Shown: positions 19,653 to 27,559 of the stretch, one piece after another | Layout: every line of letters begins with the position of its first letter | Position numbering within the stretch: the stretch's first letter is position 1 | NCBI GenBank assembly: GCA_946495675.1 | Contig: CAMMDQ010000002.1 | Span: forward strand, 69,542-133,541 | DNA: 64,000 nucleotides | DNA from: an uncultured Bacillota bacterium | GTDB lineage: Bacteria; Bacillota; Clostridia; Christensenellales; UBA1242 | Reading direction: 5' to 3' | Position numbers and translations under genes: made by a program | Notes under the pieces: model-generated | What the model was told of the DNA's origin: nothing | The model's database searches: none | What the model saw: the letters and a program-made list of their open reading frames with translations, nothing else

Positions 19653-20885
19653 ATGTTCCCTAGGAAAAAACAAAATAAAAGCATTCTGTTTTCTTACATA
19701 TTTTTAGTAGTTTTTTTGCTGTCATGTTTATTAAATAATCTATCATTTGTTTCAATCAATTCGCTTCCGGACAATTTTTATACCAATTTGGAAGAAATTG
19801 AAAATTTAAATAAAGATAAAAGTTTGGGAAAGCTCTATTCTGCTGATTTTTTAAATGATTATCTTGAAACAGGGGAGAAAAGCGATAAAAGTGGCACGGT
19901 AATTTTTAAACTTTTCGGTTTTATTCCCATAAAAAAAGTTAAAGTTGAAATTTTGCCAGAAGAGGAGGTATATGTAGGAGGCGTTCCACTAGGACTTAGC
20001 GTAACAACTCAGGGGGCAATCGTTGTCAGCAATACATTGGTGGATCCAAGTAGCGGAAAAATGTTTTCAAACAAAATTCTTAAAAATGGCGATTTAATTT
20101 TGAAAATTAATGATACCGAAATCACAAACTCTAGTGATATTGAACAATTTTTGAACAAAAATTTTGACGAAAATCAAGAAATATCAATAGAAGTGCTGCG
20201 GGGAAATAAACATAAAACTTTGAAGATGAACTACATAAAAAACACAGAATCTTGCAAACTTGGGGCTTGGGTAAAAGACGACTTATCCGGCATCGGAACT
20301 TTAACTTTTGTCAAAAGCAACAATCAATTTGCCGCTTTAGGTCACCCGGTGACAGATTCAAGTGGCAGCAACATTGTACCTATAAACAGCGGAAGTGTTT
20401 ATGACTGTTCGCTGCTAGGAATAGAAAAAGGCAAAGTTGACAAACCGGGACAACTAAAATGCCTGTTTGTTCAAAATCAAAAAAATGGTGAAATCGATAA
20501 AAATACAAAATTTGGAATAGTGGGAAAATATCAAGACAGTTCCGAAATGATAGACGCAAATTTGACAGCATCTCTTGGTGGAAGGCTCAGTGTCAGACCG
20601 GGTAAAGCAACTATCGTTTCCAGTGTCAGCGGAATTCGAGAAGAATATGAAATAGAAATCATAAAAGCAAACTATCAAAAAGATCAAGATGATAAAAGCA
20701 TGATATTCAGAGTCGTTGACAAGCGTCTCCTTGAGCTGACTGGAGGTATTGTTCAAGGGATGAGTGGATCTCCAATCTTGCAAAATGGCAAACTAATTGG
20801 GGCAGTTACTCATGTTTTTCTCAAAGATCCAACCAAAGGTTATGGAGTTTATGCAGATTGGATGTTAAAGGAGATGGAAGGGTAA
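19653..20885 (+). CDS. spoIVB: SpoIVB signalling serine peptidase (S55) with PDZ domain
   Basis: 410 aa with an N-terminal TM helix, a PDZ region and the catalytic GMSGSPILQNGKLIGAVTHVF motif. Confidence 0.92.
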   Translation: MFPRKKQNKSILFSYIFLVVFLLSCLLNNLSFVSINSLPDNFYTNLEEIENLNKDKSLGKLYSADFLNDYLETGEKSDKSGTVIFKLFGFIPIKKVKVEILPEEEVYVGGVPLGLSVTTQGAIVVSNTLVDPSSGKMFSNKILKNGDLILKINDTEITNSSDIEQFLNKNFDENQEISIEVLRGNKHKTLKMNYIKNTESCKLGAWVKDDLSGIGTLTFVKSNNQFAALGHPVTDSSGSNIVPINSGSVYDCSLLGIEKGKVDKPGQLKCLFVQNQKNGEIDKNTKFGIVGKYQDSSEMIDANLTASLGGRLSVRPGKATIVSSVSGIREEYEIEIIKANYQKDQDDKSMIFRVVDKRLLELTGGIVQGMSGSPILQNGKLIGAVTHVFLKDPTKGYGVYADWMLKEMEG

Positions 20886-20895
20886 ATTTATCAAC

Positions 20896-20935
20896 AAAAA
20901 AAGCAGGATAAACAAAACCTGCTTTTATTTTTGTT
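20896..20935. terminator. bidirectional terminator between spoIVB and the convergent PadR gene
   Basis: aaaaaaagcagg-N10-cctgcttttattttt. Confidence 0.7.
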
Positions 20936-20949
20936 AAGCAACATAGATT

Positions 20950-22548
20950 CTATTTCCAATATTTGACAATAATTGTCTTTTGGATAAAATACGAAACAGG
21001 AAGTGCAACTACTGACAACAAGATTGGCAAAATCAATGTTGTTGCATAAAGTGCAAAATTTGTTGTGTTAAGACCGAAGATAAAGTTCAAACCCACGATT
21101 GCAACAATGACGAGTAGGGTATAACTTAATATTTCCCAAATTGAACTCATAGGTTTTGGCAGCCAACTAGTGTGGCATTTATAATTATAAAATTTGAATG
21201 CAACAACAATTAATTGCAGAGCAGGAAGAAGTATATATAAAAAGTTTAAATTTGGATTTATATTGCCAGTGTAATACAAAGTTATAAAAACTGCAGCAGA
21301 AACAGTTGCCAACATAAAAAATATGATCAAACTGTGATAAAAAGCAAGTTGGTTTGTGTTATGTTTAACCTGCATTTCTGATTTCTTATATTCACTAAAT
21401 TCTATGTCCTGTTCTTTGTAATAATCCTCTAAATCTTGATAGTCATAAATGGCATCTGGGCGTTGCTCTTGATCAGATTTGGTATGTGAATAAAGCTGAG
21501 AAATGATTTCTTTGTGAGAAGGATCAATTTTTACATCTCGTTTAGGCGGAGGAAGCGAATCGTCTTTCTCTTGCGGAAGAATTTTTAATCTTGGTGGAGC
21601 AATTTTTTTAGGACGCACCAATTCTTGATCATCAATGCGATTTGTGATAAATTTACCATCATCTTCAACAACTTTTTCAATTGGTTTTTCTTGAAAATAT
21701 GTATTGCCCTTTACATGCCCAAGCTCGCTCGAAAGGGTTGAATTGCGGTTTTGACGCTCACTATATTGTGCAAATTGATTTTGCTCATATTTGTTTTTGT
21801 TTTCTAGCAGTGAAGTCTTAAATGCTTCAATGTTTGCTCGATTTCTTTCTTCCGATTCTTGCAATGGAGTCTCAACCGTCATGGCAATCTGATCTTCAGC
21901 AAAACTTCGTTGCTTTTTATATTTTCGAATGTCTTTTGAAATGTCGTATATTCGTTGATTGTAATTGTCAACATCATTTTTATTCAAAAAAGCACCATCA
22001 TCATTTTTCTCTTGCTCATCAAAATGAGGCTTAGGCATTGGCGCAGCTTCGCTTACATTATTTTCATACGCTGCCACAGTTTCATCAGTTTTTTCGCTGA
22101 CTTGCTTTTGAGTTTCAACAATCGACTGGCTAGGGGAGTTTAAAGAAGAAAAATCAAAAAATTCATTTTCAGACTCTCCAATGGCATTGGCAACTTGCTC
22201 AACTGTTTTATCTGTTTCCAATTCTGAATTTGAAACAACAAAGTCTCTGAAAACATCAATGTTGTTAGCCTCAAAATCTTGTTTGAGTTGAGAATAATAG
22301 TTTTTTCCTTTTTCTGTTATGGAATAATATCTTCTATTCGGCCCAAATTCGCTTGATTTTGTATAGGAAGAAACATATCCCTGCTTTTCCATTCTTGTTA
22401 AATTTGAATATACACTAGGCTTTTTCAGCTCAATTCTTCCATTGCTTTTTTTATTGATTTCTGAAATAAAATCAAGCCCATAGAAATCACGCTCTAAAAG
22501 GCAATTCAAAATCATATAAGAAAGCTGACCTTTTGCAAAAATTTCCAT
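20950..22548 (-). CDS. membrane-anchored PadR-family transcriptional regulator
   Basis: N-terminal PadR wHTH (QLSYMILNCLLERDFYGLD...YSITEKG), a low-complexity acidic/Gln linker of roughly 300 aa, and about 4 C-terminal TM helices. ATG 22548 behind AAGAGG. Confidence 0.75.
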   Translation of the reverse strand: MEIFAKGQLSYMILNCLLERDFYGLDFISEINKKSNGRIELKKPSVYSNLTRMEKQGYVSSYTKSSEFGPNRRYYSITEKGKNYYSQLKQDFEANNIDVFRDFVVSNSELETDKTVEQVANAIGESENEFFDFSSLNSPSQSIVETQKQVSEKTDETVAAYENNVSEAAPMPKPHFDEQEKNDDGAFLNKNDVDNYNQRIYDISKDIRKYKKQRSFAEDQIAMTVETPLQESEERNRANIEAFKTSLLENKNKYEQNQFAQYSERQNRNSTLSSELGHVKGNTYFQEKPIEKVVEDDGKFITNRIDDQELVRPKKIAPPRLKILPQEKDDSLPPPKRDVKIDPSHKEIISQLYSHTKSDQEQRPDAIYDYQDLEDYYKEQDIEFSEYKKSEMQVKHNTNQLAFYHSLIIFFMLATVSAAVFITLYYTGNINPNLNFLYILLPALQLIVVAFKFYNYKCHTSWLPKPMSSIWEILSYTLLVIVAIVGLNFIFGLNTTNFALYATTLILPILLSVVALPVSYFIQKTIIVKYWK

Positions 22549-22645
22549 AAACACCTCTTAGTTTGATTATAAAAAATAAACAGCTGTTAAGTCAATCGTT
22601 TTGGGGGTATTCTGCAAATTTTGTTGAAAAATTTTCCATATTTTG

Positions 22646-22676
22646 TGCTAGTATGCAGAAAAGTTGCTAGTATGCA
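22646..22676. promoter_or_regulatory. direct repeat of 12-mer tgctagtatgca (22646-22657, 22665-22676) in the divergent PadR/DUF45 promoter region
   Basis: Exact 12-mer present twice, 19 bp apart start to start, between two divergent genes. Candidate operator. Confidence 0.3.
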
Positions 22677-22712
22677 AAATTCGTTTTACAAGGAAGGCAT
22701 ATATTTGATATA

Positions 22713-23312
22713 ATGATAAAGATGGAAAACAAAATCTCGGTAAAAATAGAAAAGAGCAACAGAAAAACCATTTCTATTCAAGTTTTAGACACTGCTACTG
22801 TGCAGGTAAAAGCTCCACTCAGATGCAGCAATAAAAACATATGGGAATTTATTAGCAGCAAAACATCATGGATTAACAAACAAATTGCCCAAATCAATAA
22901 AAAGCAACACTTTGCCAATAATTTTGATTTTGAAAAATATACATATTTGTTAGGAGGAATATATACAAAACAAGATCTTAGCTATGTCGAAGCCGCAAAA
23001 AAATATCTACCTAAAATCGCAGAAAAATTAGCAGCTCAACTGGGATATTGGTATAAGGAGTTAAAACTAAAACATTCAAAAAGAATTTGGGGCAGTTTTT
23101 CAAGCAAAAAGCAACTGGTATTAAATATTAATTGTGTGTTTTTACCTTTAAATTTGATTGAATATGTGATAGTTCATGAGCTGTGCCATAGCAAAGAAAT
23201 GAATCATTCTCCAAAATTTTGGAAATTAGTGGGAATCCATCTACCTGATTATAAAAAGCGAAAAGAACAGCTCAAAAACTATGCTTTTGTGTTAAATTTA
23301 AAATTACAGTAG
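22713..23312 (+). CDS. YgjP/DUF45-type zinc metallopeptidase-fold protein (SprT/WLM-like)
   Basis: HELCH zinc motif followed by HSPKFW near the C-terminus. Start ambiguous (ATG 22713 or 22722). Confidence 0.75.
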   Translation: MIKMENKISVKIEKSNRKTISIQVLDTATVQVKAPLRCSNKNIWEFISSKTSWINKQIAQINKKQHFANNFDFEKYTYLLGGIYTKQDLSYVEAAKKYLPKIAEKLAAQLGYWYKELKLKHSKRIWGSFSSKKQLVLNINCVFLPLNLIEYVIVHELCHSKEMNHSPKFWKLVGIHLPDYKKRKEQLKNYAFVLNLKLQ

Positions 23313-23496
23313 GGGATTGTTTTGCCAATAATTCATTTAAGCTATCCTTTTTACATTTTAAAATTATTTTGCTGTGATAAACAACTCTTCTTATAAAGGG
23401 GTGTTTTTAAAATTGTGAAATAGAAACAGGAATCTGGAGTGAAATTTTTAAGTAATTTTAAAACAGGGGGCAAAATTTTATTAAAATAAAACATCT

Positions 23497-23536
23497 GTTA
23501 TCTATGCGTAAAACACAACTTTTACGCATAGATAAC
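23497..23536. repeat. perfect 17-6-17 palindrome gttatctatgcgtaaaa-cacaac-ttttacgcatagataac
   Basis: Read directly: the arms are exact reverse complements and the spacer is asymmetric. Confidence 0.95.
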
Positions 23537-23538
23537 CG

Positions 23539-23567
23539 CATAATAGATATATATTTGGTCTATTATG
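23539..23567. repeat. palindrome cataataga-N11-tctattatg
   Basis: Read directly: 9-bp perfect arms, followed by a T-tract on +. Confidence 0.9.
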
Positions 23568-23684
23568 TTATTTTTTTATAATTATGCAAAACTCGCATTC
23601 AATCAATTATCTAGCAATATTCATTAATTAAAGCTTATAATTATATAAGAACATATAACCATTTGATCATAAAAAATTGCGAAC

Positions 23685-24638
23685 TTATTTATTGTCCGCA
23701 ATCATTTTTAACATTTTTAAAAATCCAACTTGTTGATTATATCCAAGCATTTTATCTTGGTATAACTTTAAATTTAAGTCATTGACTGAATTAAAATTAT
23801 TTATAGATTTTAAGTTCAAATAATTAACAATTTTTATAAAAGTCTCATAAATGTTTCGATCTTCATAAAGTTTATCTGGCACGTTATAAAGCACACTTTC
23901 CAAGAACATTGCATTCGGCATTTCGTGATTTGCTTGATAATATAAAACATTAAAAATCTTAAGCATTTTGACAAAATTAGCTCCGGCTTCACGTTTTTTT
24001 TCACGCAAACATTCTACCCTGCATGAAAAATTATACTGCCTTAGTTTTTTCTTTCCTTCAAAAAATTTAAAATAGTCCCTATTGCAAAAACAAATTTCTA
24101 TTTTAATTTGAGTATTGTTTCCAAAATCATCTTTTCCAACCAAATATAAAAAATTATCTTCCATTGATATGATTGAAGTCTGTGAAATATAAAATCTGAT
24201 AGTTTCAAATAAATCTCTTGTTAAATTAAATATATTATATTTGCTTGCATCAAAATCAACCTGGGAAACAAGAGATTTTTCGTCCTTTTTTTTCTTCCTT
24301 TTTCTATGTTTTTTTCGACTGTCCCAAGCAATTTTAAGCCTTTTTTTCAAATTATACCAAAACATATTCGTTTTGATTGTGTTGAGTTCAAGTTGCGAAT
24401 TATCAATGCCTAACAGATAATAAAATATTGAATTATCGGTAACGGCTCCAGACAAAACTTCATTGAATGGTTGCAAAATCACATTATTGACACTTATATA
24501 TGGGACCTGTTTGCCCAATCGTTCTATGGCAGCCGACAAAATATTCGAGACTTTTTTTTCAACAGAATTGTAGAAGTCTTGATTGCTTTGAGCTGCTATG
24601 CCGGTTATAAGTTCTTTATCTATAACTATTTTTGCCAT
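23685..24638 (-). CDS. hypothetical protein, possible divergent Pol-beta-type nucleotidyltransferase fold
   Basis: 317 aa downstream of serS, with an AAGGA RBS. The C-terminal FVKMLKIFN...MFLESVLYNVPDKLY resembles the helix-plus-LE..YNVP signature I associate with CD-NTase/SMODS-type NTases. A poly-Lys insert is present (RKKHRKRKKKKDEK). No clear GS...DxD motif. Confidence 0.6.
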   Translation of the reverse strand: MAKIVIDKELITGIAAQSNQDFYNSVEKKVSNILSAAIERLGKQVPYISVNNVILQPFNEVLSGAVTDNSIFYYLLGIDNSQLELNTIKTNMFWYNLKKRLKIAWDSRKKHRKRKKKKDEKSLVSQVDFDASKYNIFNLTRDLFETIRFYISQTSIISMEDNFLYLVGKDDFGNNTQIKIEICFCNRDYFKFFEGKKKLRQYNFSCRVECLREKKREAGANFVKMLKIFNVLYYQANHEMPNAMFLESVLYNVPDKLYEDRNIYETFIKIVNYLNLKSINNFNSVNDLNLKLYQDKMLGYNQQVGFLKMLKMIADNK

Positions 24639-24730
24639 TCATTTTCCTTTTTCGCAAGCTTATAAAGATTTTTAAATCTTTTAAGCATTTTTAAGCATTT
24701 TAATGTAAAATTGGAGGTAAGAAAAATCTA

Positions 24731-26023
24731 TTATTTATTTTTTGGCAAGATTTTCTCTTTTCCACCCATATAAGGTCTTAAAACTGTTGGAATATCAACA
24801 CTTCCATCTGCATTGATATTGTTTTCAAGAAAAGCTATAAGCATTCTTGGTGGAGCTACAACAGTGTTGTTAAGTGTATGCGCAAATTTCATTCCATCTT
24901 TGGTTTTAAATCTTATACCAAGGCGTCTTGCCTGTGCATCAGAAAGATTTGAGCAAGATCCCAACTCGCCAAAATAGCGATTTTGTCGTGGGCTCCAAGC
25001 ATTCAAGTCGCATGATTTTACCTTCAAATCTGCCAAGTCGCCACTGCAGCATTCCATAACTTCGTGCGGTATATTTATACTTTTGAAAAATTCAGATGAA
25101 ATTTGCCACATTTTATTATACCATTCCATTGAGTCCTCAGGTTTGCAAATAACAATCATTTCCTGTTTTTCGAACTGGTGAACACGATAAATACCTCGCT
25201 CTTCAATTCCATGAGCTCCAACTTCTTTTCTAAAGCATGGAGAATATGAAGTCAATAATATAGGCAAATTTTCTTCCTTTATAATGGTGTCTTTAAATCT
25301 TCCAATCATTGAATGCTCGCTAGTCCCAATCAAATACAGGTCTTCGCCCTCAATTTTATACATCATATTGTCCATTTCTTCAAAGCTCATAACTCCGTTG
25401 ACAACATCACTTCGAATCATAAATGGCGGAATGCAGTAAGTGAAGCCCTTGTCAATCATAAAATCACGGGCATAAGATAGAATAGCCGAATGAAGCCTTG
25501 CAACATCTCCCGTCAAATAGTAAAATCCGTTGCCGCTTGTCCTTCGTGCGCTGTCAAGATCAAGACCGCCAAGACTTTCTAAAATATCAGCATGATATGG
25601 AATTTCAAAGTCAACTTTTTTTGCTTCGCCAACAGTCAATCTTTGCACATTTTCACTGTCATCTTTGCCTATTGGAACATCATCTGCGATTATGTTTGGA
25701 ATTGACATCATGAGTTTTTTAAGCTGCTCCGACAAATTCGCCTCTTCATTTTCAATGTTAGTCAAACGATCGTTTATTTGAACAACTTCTGCTTTAACTT
25801 CATTTGCCTTCTCAACATTCTTCTCTCGCATTAAAAGACCGATTTTAGAGCTTTTTACGTTTCTTTCTGCTCTTAAATTGTCTCCTTCTTTTTTTAATGC
25901 ACGGATTTGCCCATCAAGTTTTAGCACTTCATCAACATATACAAGTTTTTGGTCTTGAAATTTTTTTCTTATATTTTCCTTTACAAGTTCAGGATTTGTT
26001 CTTATTAAATTTATGTCTATCAT
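24731..26023 (-). CDS. serS: serine--tRNA ligase
   Basis: N-terminal coiled-coil arm and class II core (FRKEVGAHG, GSCSN). Start at ATG 26023 behind AGAGAGG (MIDINLIRTNPE). Confidence 0.96.
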   Translation of the reverse strand: MIDINLIRTNPELVKENIRKKFQDQKLVYVDEVLKLDGQIRALKKEGDNLRAERNVKSSKIGLLMREKNVEKANEVKAEVVQINDRLTNIENEEANLSEQLKKLMMSIPNIIADDVPIGKDDSENVQRLTVGEAKKVDFEIPYHADILESLGGLDLDSARRTSGNGFYYLTGDVARLHSAILSYARDFMIDKGFTYCIPPFMIRSDVVNGVMSFEEMDNMMYKIEGEDLYLIGTSEHSMIGRFKDTIIKEENLPILLTSYSPCFRKEVGAHGIEERGIYRVHQFEKQEMIVICKPEDSMEWYNKMWQISSEFFKSINIPHEVMECCSGDLADLKVKSCDLNAWSPRQNRYFGELGSCSNLSDAQARRLGIRFKTKDGMKFAHTLNNTVVAPPRMLIAFLENNINADGSVDIPTVLRPYMGGKEKILPKNK

Positions 26024-26150
26024 TGTCAAACCTCTCTTTTTATATATCTTACATTTTTTAAAAAAAATAGTCAAATAATTTTGTTAAGCTCAACAAATAA
26101 AATCTAAAATATTTTCAATAAAGAATAAACAAAAAAAAGATCGCCGCTAG

Positions 26151-26186
26151 ATATTGTGTTTATTATGCACATAATAGACACAATAT
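26151..26186. repeat. imperfect 17-2-17 palindrome atattgtgtttattatg-ca-cataatagacacaatat
   Basis: Read directly, one mismatch. Contains the cataataga word also present at 23539. Confidence 0.9.
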
Positions 26187-26201
26187 AAGTAGTTTATAAG
26201 A

Positions 26202-26215
26202 TTTTACGCATAGAT
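26202..26215. repeat. third copy of the 14-mer ttttacgcatagat
   Basis: Identical to 23520-23533 and to the reverse complement of 23500-23513. Confidence 0.95.
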
Positions 26216-26262
26216 TTGCAAAATCATTTGCTTATTAAAACAAAATATGATAAAATTTTGCT

Positions 26263-27306
26263 ATGGAAAAACTTACATTCTATCAACAGCGAGATTTGAA
26301 AAATCGCATGAAAATGAGTAAATATTTACAATCTCTCCCCGCTTATTGCCTTGATTTTTTTATAGGCATTGAAAATAACACATCTTCATTGACCAGATAT
26401 AATTATGCCATGGATTTAAATGTCTTCTTTGACTATCTGTCACAATATGTTTTAAAAAAAGATAAGCAATCAATCACATATGCCGATTTAAACAACTTAA
26501 AATCTCGTGATATTGAACAGTTTTTGTCTTATTTAAGCTACTATAACGGCGAAAATAATAAAGTAAGCCAAAATCAAGAACGCGGAAAGGCTCGAAAACT
26601 CGCCTCTCTTCGAAGTTTTTTCAAGTATTTGTTCAATCACGATCATATTGAATCAAACGTGGTCAGCAAAATAGAAACACCAAAGCTTCATAATAAGGAA
26701 ATTATAAGACTTGAGCAAAATGAGGTGGCAAAGATGCTAAGCGCCGTTGAAAACCCAACCGAATTTACTCAAAAACAGAAAGCTTACAACAAAAACACTT
26801 TTGAGCGAGACAATGCCATAATAACTCTGTTTCTTGGCACAGGAATTCGTATTTCTGAACTTGTTGGCCTTGATATTGACAGTTTCGATTTTAAAGAGAA
26901 TGCCTTTATTGTTACAAGAAAAGGCGGAAATAAGTCTGTTCTATACTTTTCAGAAGAAGTCGCTATGGCATTAAAAACTTGGCTTGAAAAGAGGGCTACT
27001 TTGAATTTAGACGACAATGAAAAAGCTATGTTTATCTCTCTTCAAAACAAACGCATATCAATTCGCGCAGTTGAAAATTTGGTAAAAAAGTTTGCACAAC
27101 TGGCATCCCCTCTTAAAAAAATCTCTCCACATAAATTGCGAAGCACTTTCGGAACAAATCTTTATCGTGAAACCAAAGACATTTACATTGTTGCCGATGT
27201 GCTTGGACATAAAGATGTCAACACAACAAAAAAGCATTACGCAGCGATAAATGAGGATATGCGCAAAAGCGTTGCTAATGTTTTGCATTTAAGGGATGAA
27301 AATTAA
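26263..27306 (+). CDS. tyrosine site-specific recombinase, long XerS-like form
   Basis: 347 aa. C-terminal catalytic set (GIRISE Arg, HKLRST, LGHKDVNTTKKHY). The N-terminal SAM-like domain and ...VTRKGGNKSV... resemble streptococcal XerS as I recall it. Confidence 0.8.
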   Translation: MEKLTFYQQRDLKNRMKMSKYLQSLPAYCLDFFIGIENNTSSLTRYNYAMDLNVFFDYLSQYVLKKDKQSITYADLNNLKSRDIEQFLSYLSYYNGENNKVSQNQERGKARKLASLRSFFKYLFNHDHIESNVVSKIETPKLHNKEIIRLEQNEVAKMLSAVENPTEFTQKQKAYNKNTFERDNAIITLFLGTGIRISELVGLDIDSFDFKENAFIVTRKGGNKSVLYFSEEVAMALKTWLEKRATLNLDDNEKAMFISLQNKRISIRAVENLVKKFAQLASPLKKISPHKLRSTFGTNLYRETKDIYIVADVLGHKDVNTTKKHYAAINEDMRKSVANVLHLRDEN

Positions 27307-27383
27307 ATTTAAAAAGAATGAATAAAATGCTTAAAACTACGCAAGATAATATCGTGAAGGAAATATGCTTCACATTTAAAGAA

Positions 27384-27416
27384 GAAGAGTTGTCCATTTG
27401 ACAAGTCTTCTTTTTT
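27384..27416 (+). terminator. intrinsic terminator after the recombinase gene
   Basis: gaagagttgtc-cattt-gacaagtcttc (one mismatch) followed by tttttt. Confidence 0.7.
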
Positions 27417-27435
27417 ACTTCGTCTAGTATTTTGT

Positions 27436-27525
27436 TAACTTAACCAAAAAACACGAAAGGTCGCAATTTATCAAATTGCTAGAGTTGAGCTTGCAAACCT
27501 CAACTCTTTTTCGCTTGAAGCGAAA
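27436..27525 (-). terminator. compound multi-hairpin element after rny (outer 10-bp stem enclosing three hairpins, then U6 on the minus strand)
   Basis: Outer stem 27442-27451/27516-27525. Inner hairpins 27453-27469, 27471-27497 and 27498-27516. A6 at 27436-27441 equals U6 on the minus strand. Confidence 0.55.
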
Positions 27526-27559
27526 ACCTTTCGTGCACTATCAAATCTGTATTAATCGT

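Noticed and set aside
23558-23575. tattatgttattt resembles the XerD arm of E. coli dif (tattatgttaaat)
   Set aside because: The expected partner arm (…cataa) is not 6 bp away. The nearest cataat is 17 nt upstream, so a classical 11-6-11 dif cannot be drawn, and the similarity may be chance in AT-rich DNA. I kept it only as context for the palindrome finding.
26024-26262. Possible T-box upstream of serS (also checked upstream of aspS, asnS and proS)
   Set aside because: No ggtggtaccgcg-type T-box sequence or terminator/antiterminator pair is present on the coding strand. Only pheST has one.
27318-27401. 27-codon ORF (MNKMLKTTQDNIVKEICFTFKEEELSI) after the recombinase gene
   Set aside because: It has no convincing RBS and its 3' end is simply the left arm of the terminator hairpin, so it is probably non-coding.
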